From the NCBI GenBank assembly GCA_030390025.1, contig CM059432.1:131194001-131258000 (forward strand): a stretch of DNA of 64,000 bases, written 5' to 3'. How positions within the stretch are numbered: position 1 is the stretch's first letter; the number at the start of each line of letters is the position of its first letter. Under the pieces are notes generated by a model. That model saw nothing but the letters and a program-made list of their open reading frames with translations. It did no database searches and was not told where the DNA came from. The stretch comes from Squalus acanthias (taxonomy: Eukaryota). Positions 48,740 through 61,623 of the stretch are shown here, piece by piece. The translations under genes were made by a program, and so were the position numbers.

Positions 48740-50690
48740 CCTTGCTCTTCTGCGCAAAAGCCTTAGACTTCGGCAGCCCTGCAGTTTTCTTTCTCATGTC
48801 ACAGTCCACTGTGGATTGCCCTACAAAATGTTCCATTGCAAACAAAGCCATCCCTATCCATGACCTCATTGTGGATGAACCTATTGACATTTGAAACTCT
48901 GGCCAGCCTTCAGTGATTCCCAGCATTCATTCAGACTGTCTCAGCATATCTCCACTCAAACTTCGTGGTGGCAATTCCAGGTCCCATTTAAATGAACAGA
49001 TGGAATATTAAGGCCTGTGGGCCTGCAATTTCCTGACCAGCACACCCTCCAAGTGCTGGTTCTCATCAAGGGAATCCAATTGTGGAATCAGCCCTTCAGT
49101 CTCGTCCTGCATATCACATCTCCCAGTCATACAGAAAGTCTTTCCTTCACCTCACCATTACATGTGACCTCAGTACCTATCACTGATGAGGTCATTTCCC
49201 ACAATTTCCTCACTTCCCTCATAATCCATGTCCCCTTTTCCAGCCCCTCTACCAACAGTGCTGTTGCCTTCATCACCAATGCCCTTATCCCTATAATAAC
49301 TACCATGGTGTCCAACCCTGTTACTCTCCCTCAAATCCTAGGATTTCAGACTGAAGCACTTATGGAGCACAACTAGGCCAACTATGAGATATGGTTCAAC
49401 CACCTAAAAAAAAACATGCTCTCTCTGGAAAGCCAAATGTTCCTATTACTCCCATGATCATACAAAACTCTCTTTCTCCACAATAAACTGCCTCCTCCAA
49501 GCTCCTTCTGCTGCGTCCACCATTCTCATATCTGATGTCAGTGGTAAGAAACTCCTGGATTTGTTTGTCTTTAAAATTGAGACTCTCTCCTCGGTAGTCT
49601 CAGCCTTCTGCAGCCCCTCTGCGCTCTCTGACCATTCCAACCGCCCCCACTACCCTAGCTCTGACCTCACTACACTCTATAGCTTCTCCCTTCACCCAGT
49701 CCTCAGCATACATCTTTTCCTTGAGACTCACATCCTGCTCACAGCACAAAGACTGTCTTGATGAGTCACTAATGACATTCTGCGTGTCTCTGACCTGCGT
49801 TATCCTTCCCCATACTCCACGTCCTCTGTACTGCCTTTAACGTAGTTGGTCAAACCATCATCCTCCGCCACAGTCCACTTCCATGGCACTGTATCTGATG
49901 CCACACTGTCATCTCTGGTATGTTCTAAGGTTTCATTCTTGGCCCCTTGTTGTTTCTCATCAATATGTTTCTCCCTGGTGACATTATCTAACAGAATTTT
50001 TTGCAAGACTAAAGGTATCTTACTTAGTGCCTGCCAGAAACTCTGATTCCTGGCTTGAGATTGCATCCGCCTCTTTGGATGCTCGCTCATGGTCAACCTG
50101 ATAATGCACTACCTTGGTGTCCTTTTTGACTCTGAGTTGATCTTCAAACCCCACATTCAGGCTACCAGCAAGGTTGCCTAATTCCACCTCTATAAATGCA
50201 AGTCCTTTCCTTTGTTACCTCCAGACTTGAGTTTTCCAATGCCCTCCCCACCTGCCTCCCAAGCTCCACCCTACCTGTACTTCAATTTATCCAGGATTCC
50301 GCTGCACACAGTCTCAATCACCTATTACTCCTGTCCCTGCCAGCTTCCATTGGCTCCCAGTCCCCGAGCTTATCGACTTCAAAATTCTCTGTGGCCTTGA
50401 TTCTCCCTACCTTTTCTACCTCCTTCAGCCCTATATCCCTGCCTGCATGCTCCACTCTTCCAATGCTTACCTTCTGTGCATTTCTCCTCTCCCTCTGCTG
50501 TACCATCTATGATACATCCTTTAGATATCCGGTCGCCACACTCTGGAGCTTTCTCCCTAAACCTCTGCAGCTTGCTACAATTCTACTAACTATCTACTAA
50601 TCTATCTCTCCTATAGCTCATTTGGCCACCTCTCCTACTTGTGATGACTTGGCCTTGAAAAGCGCCACGTAGGTTGGCTTGTGGCATTTG
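48740..50690 (+). mobile_element. Highly decayed L2 LINE
   Basis: LSFVTSRLEFSNAL, NLGVLFDSEL-like frames; C/T-rich L2 composition. Confidence 0.6.
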
Positions 50691-51012
50691 CCACCAGCAG
50701 CTCAAGTGAGCAGCACTGCAATACCATCTATTGTCTCTGTGGAAGTGAGTGCACATAATGTGCAGGTCCCCAATGCACAGGCACACCTGGAGTTCCAATG
50801 AGACCTCAGCACATAAACACAACTAAACATCAATGAAATGTCATTATTTCCGCATGCAGCATTACACTGTTCCAAATGTACAATCGTAGGCAGAGTTAAT
50901 GCTTCAGCTCTTGGGTACTGACTGAACAAGTAGGAGTGGAGTTCAGGCAGTCATTTATAGTGGTGCAGACTTGATGGGCTGAATGGTCTGTTTCTGTGTT
51001 GTAATCGGTATA

Positions 51013-51378
51013 CAGTAGCATAGTGGTTATGTCACTGGACTAATAATCTGGAGACAGGAGTTGAAATCCCACCATGGCAGCTGGGGAATTTAAATTCGGT
51101 TAATTAAATAAATCTGGAATAAAAAGCTAGTATCAGTAATGGTAACCGTGAAACTACTGGATTGTCATAAAAACCCATCTGGTTCACCAATGGCATTTAG
51201 GGAAGGAAATTTGGCCTATATATTATTCCAGACCCACAGTTGACTCTTAACTGCCCTCTGAAATGCCATTCAGTCTATAAGGCGGTTCACCACCACCTTC
51301 TCTAGGGCAAATAGGGATGGGCAATAAATGCTGGCCTTACCGGCGATGCCCACATCCAATGAATAAATTAAAAAAAAA
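51013..51378 (+). mobile_element. tRNA-headed SINE sharing its 5' head and 3' tail with LINE family B
   Basis: Head and body match 27655-27825; 51279-51378 matches the family-B tail; ends in an A run. Confidence 0.85.
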
Positions 51379-51874
51379 CATTCTATGATGAAACTGTTTG
51401 AGATTAGGAAAGGATAGATAGCTTGAAATTTACCAGGTGCCACTGGTGGGGTCTTGCATACAGCGAGCACCTTATCAAAAAACCACAGGCAGTGTGGCAG
51501 CAGTTTTCCAATAAGCCACCTGCTGAGTGCAAGGCCCCAGCAGTGGTGCATACTTCGAGGAAAATTTCATGAAATTGTGATTACATGCATAATGTGGAAC
51601 CCAGTTTGACTTTTAGCATATTTTGAAAGGTATAGTGACTGTGCAAAGTGTAATGGGGAAGATGCTACTGTTGAGGCTTGCTGTGTTCTTGTTTCTCTGT
51701 TATGCTATACTATTCAGGGCATTTAATTCAGTAAGCGAAGAAATCATTGATCAAGGTGTTTGTTAGGAATGTGAATTTCATAATAATAGGGACAAAAGAC
51801 TGCAGTCCTGTGCCTATATGCCGAGGATGAATTTTGGACACCGAGTCAAACACATGCTGTTTATTAACGATTAA

Positions 51875-52593
51875 GGGGGAAAAATTGAGTCATGCTCCCT
51901 TTGGGGCGCTAACTTCGCAGCGCCCCGAAAAAATTAGCACCCCCGCAGCCGAAATTCATCGGTAACGCCCCAAGAGGGAAGCGTGGCGCTACTGGAAGCA
52001 CCCCGCCTCCCTCTTGGGGCGCTGCGAGGGAATATCGCGGCGCTATGTGCCGCAGCGCCATGTGCTGCGGCAGGTCGTGCCGCGGTACTGCAGGCCTACC
52101 TCCCCATCTTAAAGGGGAGGGGCCTTGCACAGCGCGACCCAGGGCCCAGCTGGGCCACCAGGGATGGGAGTGCTGGCAAAAGAGCCCGGCACTCAAGAGA
52201 AGTGCCGGGCTCATGGAGCGCAGCCGGCACTCCGCGGAGGGGCTGCTGAGGAGGCTGGGGACGGCAACGGGGGCAGGTGCTGGCAGGCGGCCAACAACAA
52301 AAATGGCTGCCCGCACCTCGCCTTTAATTAGTGCCGCCCCGGCCGCAGGTAGGCCCCCCTGACCCCGTCGGACATAGAGTCTGACGGTAAGTCAGGGGGC
52401 GATAACGAAGATCGCGGCCGAGGCGTGAGCGGGGCATTGCGCACGGCGATGACGTCATCGCCGACGGCGCAGTGCTGCGGGGCACTAACGGGAGGCGTTG
52501 GTGGCGCCACGTCCGGGCGCTAGTTTCTTTACACCCTGTTAGTGCCCTGTTAGGGCGCTAACGGGAGGCACAAAGCAACCAAATTTTTCCCCC
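51875..52593. mobile_element. GC-rich Harbinger MITE
   Basis: gggggaaaaattg / caaatttttccccc; TSD TAA. Confidence 0.9.
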
Positions 52594-53014
52594 TAAATGT
52601 TACTCCTGACAATACTGAGATCACATAGGATGCTTTGCTGCAGAAGATACACACATTACAGCTCAACCCTTCAGATGTCTTCCTTCTTCATCTCCCAACC
52701 TATGGCCATGATTTTACCACATTTATACTGTTACTAGCTGCCCTAATCCTATAGGCCTTGGCATCCATAACACTTCTCACAGTCTCAATGTCCATTCTGA
52801 CACCTTATGGTATCAAGTTAGCAAGACATAAAAGGAGCTATGCTACCAAAACAATGGTATTTAGTCTCCAGTTTAGAGTGATAAAGTGAATCTAAATTTA
52901 AACATGTGCAAGCCTGTCCCAGAAGCAGGTTATATTTAACCTTTGTACAGACACTGTACTAATTGTTATTTTTGCAGTCTTAAGTTCTGTACTTTAATCG
53001 TAGAATTAAATATA

Positions 53015-53346
53015 CAGGAAACTTTCGTTTATCCGGCACCGACGGGACCGGCGTGGTGCCGGTTGATCGAAAGTGCCGGATGACAGAGAGGTATACTTAC
53101 CAAGGTACGAGAGCCCCGTACACGGCCACAGGCTGAACAATTGGGACCCGGAGAGGGAAGGTAAACGAGACTCCGGCTTTTTCCTCCGTGGCGGCGACAG
53201 GTCGGAGTCGGAAGAACGTTGACCCCCCTTTCGTGGGGGCGAAAGGTCAGAATCGGGGTCTTGTCTGGATAATAAAACTTACCTGATTTTTGCCGGTTAA
53301 GCGAGAATTCCGGATATTAGGGTGCCGGATAAACGAAAGTTTCCTG
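53015..53346. mobile_element. Tc1/mariner-superfamily (pogo/Tigger-like) MITE
   Basis: Perfect 26-bp TIR caggaaactttcgtttatccggcacc; TA on both flanks. Confidence 0.92.
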
Positions 53347-54579
53347 TAACTGAATTATTTTCGTAAAATCATTTCCCTTACTATTTCTCAATCTTAACTT
53401 GTGCATGGAGCGGGCCAAAGTCAGTTCCATGATGGCTCTCACTTGGATGTATGCATCAGTTTGTGGGATCCTCAGTGGAGAAATGAACCAAGGCTAGAAA
53501 ACTGTAACCCTCGTCCCCCCGCAGAAGATATTTGACAATTGATCACTACTGATAGGCCTAAGGGACACACATGTATCTAGGCTGGGTGTGGGGTGGTGGT
53601 GGTGGGAGAGGGGGTGAGTTTGCATCAGGTTTTCACCCTTCCCTGCAATCATTCAGAAATTCTGGCCAAGGTCTGGTGTTTCTTCTGCCTCTCTGCTCTA
53701 CATTGTGATGCTACTTTTGAAGCCTGAACTGGTGGGATATTGGGCTCCCCAGGAAATCTGCCTAGTGTGCCAGCGGAAACTGATGAGTTTGCCGTACTTT
53801 CTGTAAGTGGTTCACATAATTCCATTTTTCAATGGCAATTTATATCAGAGATCAATTGCCATTTGGTAAGCAGCACAGTGCAGCAGTCATGAGTTTGAAT
53901 ATTTTACTATGTACACTCAGGCCAAACTGTTCTGCATTCCCCCCTCAATGGAGTGGTGAAGGACAGGCACCCAAGTAGCATTGAATGGTGCAGATACCCA
54001 CCCTAACATGCGTATGATCTTATCCCTAGCATTTGGGTTAGGGTTAGGGTGAAGGCATAGACTTTTTAAAATTTGTTTTCGGTATATGGAGGACACTGGC
54101 AATGCCACATTTATTTCCTATCCCTAGTTGCCCTGAGATAATGGGGGAATTTTAACCCACAAAAACGGGTGGCTTGAGGTCGGGTGGAAAGCTAAAGGGG
54201 GAGAAATTCGGTATCGCCCCTGTTTGGGGCGCTATTATCAGCCGGGCGCAAAGTTTAGCGCCTGGCGCTAATTATTGCCTCCGACTGCAAACTTGGCCTC
54301 TATTGCCCCCGGAGGTGATTTGAGCGCTAAGTCAGGCGCTACACACCTGTCTTAAGGCGCTAACGTCGAGGAGCGAGGCGCTAACGTCGAGGAGCGAGGC
54401 GCTACCTCAGAGCGCTGACGAAGCTCAGGTGTTGTCAGTTAGCAATGGAACACAGACAGACTGGTGCCAGCCAGTTCTTAAAGGGGAGGGTCGATGTTGC
54501 TGTCCAGCCACACCCTGCTCATTGCAGCCTTGAATCTCGGTCTGGAGAGACCTGTACATCAATTGTGCTGGAACCACCA

Positions 54580-56176
54580 ATGGATAGGCCCAGGGAAAGA
54601 GCTCAGTGCTTCAGCAACCGGGCCTTGGTGGCTCTGGTTGGCGCTGTGGAGCGGCGACGGGCAGTGCTCTACCCACAGAGTGGCAGGAGGCCATTGCCCC
54701 TCGAATACAGATGAGTCTGGAGTGAGGTGGCTCAGCACGTCTCCTCAAGGAGCCTGGTGCCGAGGACCCACACCCAATGTCGGAAGAAGTTCAACGACCT
54801 CACTCGGGTGGTCAGGGTGAGTGGCTGCTTTTCAATACCTCTACACCCCTCCATCTCAACTTCACTCTGTGCTCAGAGGGTTTAAAAACCCCAAATGCCC
54901 AACACTCATCCAAGACCTATGGCCATCTCATAAAACACACACGCACATTCCACATCTTGCATATATTAAGGGCTATTCAACTATGGGAGGCACATCAGGC
55001 AAGCACATGGCTGCATACATTAAGGGCTATTCAACTATGGGAGGCACATCAGGCAAGCACATGGCTGCACATTCACTCAGATGCCGTCCTTTTTCTTACA
55101 GGCCAAGCTATCTCAAAGCAGGCGGCAGCGGCAACGCACGGGAGGAGGACCAGCTGACCTACACACCCTCAGCGATTTGGAGGCGCGTGTGCACAGGATC
55201 GTTGCCAACCAGGTCATAGGTGCCGTGGCCGCTGGAGAGGTCGACCATTTGGTATGTTCATCAGCTTTCTCTCCTCTCTCATTCCACTTGCCCCTCACAA
55301 CACCAGCCTTTAATACTTTCAATCCAACTTACTAAATGTCTCCAGTCCTTGCTCCCTTACTGCCCCCGTCCTGTCGCTAAAGCCACTCTTGTACCTCCCT
55401 GCTTTCAGATAGTGAACCACCAGCTGACCAGCCTGTCCCTTAACCTACCAGTGGCAGCGACGCCCCAGGCGAGGAGGAAGAGGAAGCCGGAGCCTCACCG
55501 CCTGCGTCTCCCAAGGGAGCCCATGCCGACACTGGGACCACGCCTTCCCTGGAGGGGAGCAGGGTTGTAGGGTCTGATGAGGGCGAAGCTCCGGGACCCA
55601 GCGGGCTGCAGCAACGCCATGGGGGTAGGGAAACTCGGGGGTCATCTCCCCGGAGGGCGAGTAGGCAAGCGAGTCCTGCTGCACTGGACTCAGAGGAGGA
55701 GCACGTCATCGCGGCCATGAATAGCCAGGCCTTGAGCATGCACACTGAGCTCATGGGTGCAATGGCAAGGGTGCCTGAAAGTACGGATGGACTGGCAAGG
55801 AGTGTGGAGCAGTCCGCTGCAGCACAGGCCGACGCAACGCAACGGCTTAGTGCTGCAATTCAGTCATTGGCTGGTGCCATCCAGTCTCAGACTGCTCTCA
55901 TGCAGTCTCAGATTGATGTCATGCAAGCACTGACTGCTGCCATCCTCGCTGGGTCAGCCACATTGCCCCGGGGTGCTCTCGGTGCCACAGCAGGCCAGCA
56001 ATCTGTGCCCGAGCAGATTGCTCCGGATGCTGAGGTACTGCCCCATGGGAGTGCCAGTGTGTCAGTCGAGCAGGAAGGTGCTGTCCTCTCTCAGGATGAC
56101 AGCATTCCTGCTCCCACCACTGCCACTTCCCCATTGCACTTGCCACCGCCTGCAACACAGCCAGCCCAGACTGCTG
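54580..56176 (+). pseudogene. Harbinger Myb/SANT-like gene (exons 54580-54816, 55102-55251, 55409-~56176)
   Basis: MDRPRERAQCFSNRALVALV...EYR*VWSEVA...[14 protein letters not shown]|gtgagt; in-frame TGA in exon 1. Confidence 0.85.
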
Positions 56177-56639
56177 AGAGAGAGAGAGAACACACCAAGG
56201 TCTGCTCCTACTACTACTCCGTTGTAATAGTGGAGCTGCTCATAGTCAGCTTTCCAAATGTGTTCCTGCCAGGTTTCACATTCGTGGTTCACAACAGGCG
56301 TGCTTCACGTAGAACAAGGGTTAAAATCACAAAGGCCTTTCAAAATGGCATTATAGAGCTAACTTAGTGCTTGTTAAGGGCCTTAACAGCCTATCTCGCC
56401 TCTTAAAGGCGGGACGGAGTCAGGACCAGCAGACACGATTTAATGAAAATTGCATGGAGGCGGACTTGTGCCCGCCCGCCAGTTTTCGCAATTTTAACCC
56501 CCCACACGCCTCCACGGGTCAATGAAAATCCAGCCCACAGAGTTTGTTAAAGAAAAATGTTGTTGTATTCAAAATTTACATTTTTGGCCTTTGCAATCAT
56601 TCCAACTTTGGCCGGTAATAGGGGGTGCTTTCCATGATG

Positions 56640-57828
56640 TTGTTCACCATGCCAGAAGCCATCTTCTGAGTAGGAGCCTCGAAGCGGCTTCTTATCAGCC
56701 GTTCACGGACGGCCCTTGCAGTGACAACATTGTGCGCCTCCCTCCCACGTTGGTGCTGCTGCTGATCATCCTCCTCCTCCTCCTCTTCCTCTCCTCCTCT
56801 TCCTCTTCCTCTTCCTCCTCCTCCTCAGGTGGTGCACCAATCCCTGGTGGCATTGGCTGGGTCCTCAGGATTGCCAGGTTGTGAAGCATGCAGCACACAA
56901 CTATGAAGAGGGAGACTCGCTCAGGAGAGTACTGCAGGGCTCCTCCTGAGTGGTCCAGACAGCAGAACCGTTGCTTCAGCACGCTGATCGTCTGCTCAAT
57001 TATGTTCCTGGTGGTGAGATGGCTCTCATTATACCACAGGGGTGTTGGGGTTACGGAGCGGTGTCATCAGCCAGGTGCAGAGTGGATAACCCTTGTTCCC
57101 GAGGAGCCATCCACTTGGGTGATGCGGTGCCTGGAAAAGGTCTGGCACACCAGTCTGGCACAGGATGAAAGCATCGTGGCTGCTGCCAGGATAGCGGGCA
57201 TTGACGGCGAGTATGAGCTGTGTGTGGTCACAGACCAACTGCACATTTAAGGAGTGGTAGCCCTTGCGGTTTTGGAATACCTCTGCATTTTCATGCGGTG
57301 CCCGCAATGCCACATGCGTGCAGTCAATGGCGCCCTGTACCATGGGGAAGCCCACTATCCTAGTAAAGCCACATGCGCGTTCATGCTGTTTGGCCCGGGT
57401 CATGGGGAAAGAGATGTACTGGCGTCTCCTTTTATACAGGGCATTTGTCACCTACTGGATACAACCATGGACAGCGAACTGGGAGATATTGGCGATGTCC
57501 CCAGTAGATGCTTGAAAGGAGCCGCTGGCACCTTCACTGCCACCGACAGAGACGTCCTGGTCCTCAGTTGAGGCTGCAGATCTGGCTGCAGCAGGTGGCA
57601 GAGCTCAGTGTCCACCTCCTTGCTGAAGCGCAGCCCGTGCAAACACTGCTCCTCAGACAAATGAAGGTATGAGAACTGCTCCCGGAATACCCTCGGAGGG
57701 TAAGGTCTCCTGTGCAGAGGCCTGTTGGCCATCCTCCCTCTGGCCATGTTTGCCACTCTCTCTCTGCATCTCTGCTGCCTCCGATTCTGCAGGTGCAGGA
57801 CGACGTTCCGAATCAGTGCAGCCCCCAA
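56640..57828 (-). pseudogene. HARBI1-like DDE transposase, frameshifted
   Basis: [67 protein letters not shown]. Confidence 0.92.
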
Positions 57829-58659
57829 AGTCTCTTCTAAATCACTGCAATGAAGGTCAAATCAAAATGAACCTGCAAAGTGCTGCTCAGTACCCAAAAC
57901 TCCTTCACAATGCGTTGAATCTCTCCAGAAGTCTCTCTCTCAGAATGAGTCGTGCAAAAATGTCGCCGACAAAAAAAGGCAGGAAGCGGCCGCCTTTAAA
58001 TAGTGCTCCCCCAGCCCCTTCCCGACTGCAAAACGTTCCCCTCTACCTGTCGTTGCTAGCGGTAGGCGGAAAGGCAGGGGGCGTGACTCAATATCCGCTC
58101 CGGGGCACTACCGGGGCGTTGCACACTCGACTGATGTCACGATCTGCGGGCGCAGGAGATCGTGGCAGGTAGTGTTTAACGCCGCCGCAAAATGTCTGGT
58201 CAATTTCGCGAGCAGGCGCAAACATTGCCGCGCTCGGGCGCTAGTTGCTTTGCGCCCCTATAGCGCCCTCTTAGGGCGCTAATGGGAGGCGTTAATCAAC
58301 CGAATTTTTCCCCCAAAGTGTTAAAAATCTGAATCCCGACCAGAACCTGCCTCCAACCCGCCCACTTCCAGTTTTAACAGAGGCAGAACGGAGGGGGGAA
58401 GCGGGTCGCTCATTTAAATATTATAATGAGGCTGGCGTGCCTCAGATTTAACCACCATTTTAAATTTAACAGTGGCTGGTCGGGTTTTGCAAGCCTCGTG
58501 AAACCCGTCAGTTAATGGAAGGCGAGGATAAGTGCCTTGACCTCCTGGATCCAATGTCCCTGCCTAACCCACCCCCCGCAATTGGAGACCCCCCCCAAGA
58601 GGCCTCCGATCCCCCTCCCCTTAGGCCTTCGATCCCCCCCAAGAGACTCCCCACCCCCA

Positions 58660-58890
58660 ACCGATGCTCCTCCGGCCCCCAGATGTCATCTGCCTTCTCC
58701 CCCCCCACACGCTCCTCCGGCCCCCCGATCAGCCACTCCGGCCCTCCGATGTGCTCCCGGTCCCCCGATGAGCCACTCCGGCACCACCCACCACCCCCAC
58801 CCCCACCGTGCTGCTCCCGGCCCCCCGGATGAGCTGCTCAGGCCCCCCGATGAGCTCCCGGCCCCGCGATCAGCCGCTCCAGTCCCCCGA
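58660..58890. repeat. C-rich minisatellite
   Basis: Repeated ctccggccccccgat(g/c)agc units. Confidence 0.7.
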
Positions 58891-59923
58891 TATTGGGAAA
58901 TTCATCATATGACATATTCCCATCATTTGCATGTAATTATAATACACCTATCCATATTTTGGCAGATGTGTAATACATCAGGACATGACTTCAGAAAATG
59001 CTCAAACTGGCTGGGGCAGAGCAACTCCCAAAGAAGTTTCTACTGCATTCCGTTCAAGTCACATCAATGAGCTGTGTAACTCAAAATATAAAATCCTGTC
59101 CATTGATTCTCTTATGGACACTCCCTTAATCACACATAAAGCACTTTCTGTCTTCTCACACAGGAGGGCTAATTTTCCTCTTGCCAACACAGAGGGGAAC
59201 AGCGTAGCAGATGTGTCTCGTACCTTCTGAGACTAGTGTGGCCAATTTTTCTGGCCTGCTGCCCTCCCAGTTTGAGAGGCCTGTAGCTGCGCTTCTAGCT
59301 GAGGCATTGGGCTTTCTGTCTACTCTTGGCAATCCATGTGCATAAAAGAAGGAGTGGAATTAACTAACTTCGTAGACTACGAGTGGGATTTATGCATAAG
59401 ACCCATATCCAGCTTTTTGCAACATCCTCCCTTTGGATGCAGAAGAGAGTGATGGAAGAGGGCCAGAAACACCCTGTTACATGTCATTTGCACACCAACA
59501 CTGGAACTGTGCCTATTGCAGGTGCAGGCTCTGAACTGTACATGGAGGAACGCCCTGGAAATCCTGGGACAGCATAGTGTGGGGTAGAGACATCAGAACA
59601 TAAGAAATAGGAGCAGGAGTAGGCCATTCGGCCCTTTGAGCCTGTTCAGCCATTCAATAAGGTCATGGCTGATGTTCTACCTCAACTCCACTTTCCATTC
59701 TATCCCCATATTTCAGGATTCCCTTAGTATCCAAAAATCTATCGAACTCTGTCTTGAATATACACAACGACTGAGCATCCACAGCCCTTTGGGGGAGAGA
59801 ATTCCAAAGATTCACAACCCTTTGAGTGAAGAAATTTCTCCTCATCTCAGTCCTAAATGGCCAACACCTTATTCTGAGACTTTGGCCCTTAGTTCTAGAT
59901 TCCCCAGCCAGGAGAAACATCCT

Positions 59924-60019
59924 AAATAACAACAGAAAACGCTGGAAAAACTCAGCAGGCCAGGCAGCATCCGTAGAGAGAGAAAGAGAGTTGACGTTTC
60001 AGGTCGATGACCTTTCATC
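59924..60019 (-). mobile_element. 96-bp Penelope-pLTR-like insertion with a minimal hammerhead core
   Basis: Minus strand CTGATGA-A-AGGTC-atc-GACCT-GAAACGTC; 11-bp TSD agaaacatcct (59913-23, 60020-30). Confidence 0.8.
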
Positions 60020-60256
60020 AGAAACATCCTCCCTGCATCTACCCTGTCAAGCCCCTTAAGAATTTTGTATGTTTCAATGAGATCACTCTCATTCTTTTAA
60101 ACTCTAGGGATTATAAGGCCCATTCTACTCGATCTCTCCTCATAGGACAATCCCTCCATCCCAGGAATCAGTGTAGTGAATCTTCATTGCACTCCCTCGA
60201 AGGCAAGTATATCCTTCCTTAGGTAAGGAGACTAAATCTGTACACCGTACTCCAGG

Positions 60257-60636
60257 TGTGTCTCATCATTGTTATCAAATCCCTCCACGGCCTCACCACT
60301 CCCTATCTCTGTAATCTCCTCCAGCCCTACAACCCTCCGCGATATCTGTGCTCCTCCAATTCTGGCCTCTTGAGCATCCCTGATTTTAATCGCTCCACCA
60401 TTGGTGGACGTGCCTTCAGCTGCCAAGACCCTAAGCTCTGGAATTCCCTCTCTAGAGTCTCTACCTCTCTTTCCTTATTTAAGACACTCCTTAAAACCTA
60501 TCTTTGTCATCTGCCTTAATATCTCCTTATGTGGCTCGATGTCAAATTTTGTTTGATAACGCTCCTGTGAAATTCCTGGGGACATTTTACTACATTAAAG
60601 GCGCTACGTAATTACAAGTTATTTTTGTTATTGTTG
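60257..60636 (+). mobile_element. L2 3' end
   Basis: KSLHGLTTPYLCNLL...GGRAFS..PKLWNSL; tail aaaggcgcta...ttgttgt. Confidence 0.85.
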
Positions 60637-60857
60637 TGTGGTGTCACCAAGGCCCAATATAATTGCAGTAAGACTTCTTTACTCTTATACTCCAATCCCT
60701 TTTGCTTTCCTAATTGCTTGCTATACCTGCATGTTAACTTTCTGTGATTTGTGTACAGGGACACCCAGGTCCCTCCAAATATCAACATTTCGAGTCTCTC
60801 ACTTTAAAAAAAAAAATTCTGCTTTTCTATTTTTCCTACCAAAGTGGATAACTTAAC

Positions 60858-61623
60858 AGGCCAAAAATTCGGCACTTGCCGGGTGAGTACGCACTGTGTA
60901 CTCACCCGTAAGGCCTCCTGAAGTGCCGGTTTCCTGCATGCACTGTGCATGCGCGGGAAACCGGAACTTCCGGTCTCGTGAAGGGAGCGGTTCAGAGGTG
61001 AACCGCATGCGTGGTAGAGGCTGCACGCACACAGCAAACTTAGTTTTTTTTTCAGGTTTCTCCGGGAGGGTAAGTATTGAAGAACCTGCGCTTTTAAAAA
61101 GGAGGCGCAAGACCCGTTTTCAACAAGGTAAGTGGTTAATTAATTATAATTTAAAAAAATTTCAACAGGTTTATCTTTTTTAGATACTTTAAAGAAAGGT
61201 AAGTTTATTTTTAGCACTGTTAAAAAGTATTTTAATTTTTTCAAAAATTAAAATTTTTGTTTAAAGTACTGTAGTTAATTTATTTAACTTATAGTTATTT
61301 TAAAAATGTGATGGTTTTTTAAAAAATTTATTTGAAGTTTAGGTGTTGTTTTGGGGCCGATTTCAATTTATAGATTTGACAGGTCTGTCAAATCTATGAA
61401 TGAAAAATGGTCTGCTGCCATTGGCTCTCCATGGCCCACGTGATCCCAGGGGACGCATCGCACTAACTATGCCCCTGGGACACGCAAGCACTGCACGCCG
61501 GCAGTTGGGGCAGGCCCAGGAGCTGAAGTCCCCGTGGGCCCAGAGGTTAACGGCAAGTGCGGTAGGTAGGTGCGCACAGGATCCTTGCACCCGCGGGAAG
61601 CCAGTGAGCCTAATTTCTGGACC
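60858..61623. mobile_element. MITE with an AT-rich centre
   Basis: aggccaaaaattcggc / gcctaatttctggacc imperfect TIRs, interrupting a CR1. Confidence 0.7.

Larger units (their letters stand above)
54197..58314. mobile_element. PIF/Harbinger transposon with both ends (4.1 kb), coding regions degraded, nested in another MITE-like element
   Basis: TIRs gggggagaaattcggt / accgaatttttccccc; AAA on both flanks; Myb/SANT on +, transposase on -. Confidence 0.9.

Noticed and set aside
56640..57828. Domesticated host HARBI1 gene
   Set aside because: Frameshifted, inside TIRs and paired with a Myb gene, so it is a transposon copy.
58966..59230. Phase-compatible open frame after ttttggcag as the next channel exon
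   Set aside because: The translation (CVIHQDMTSENAQ...) shows no TRP-helix-like character; the true next exon probably lies beyond the window.
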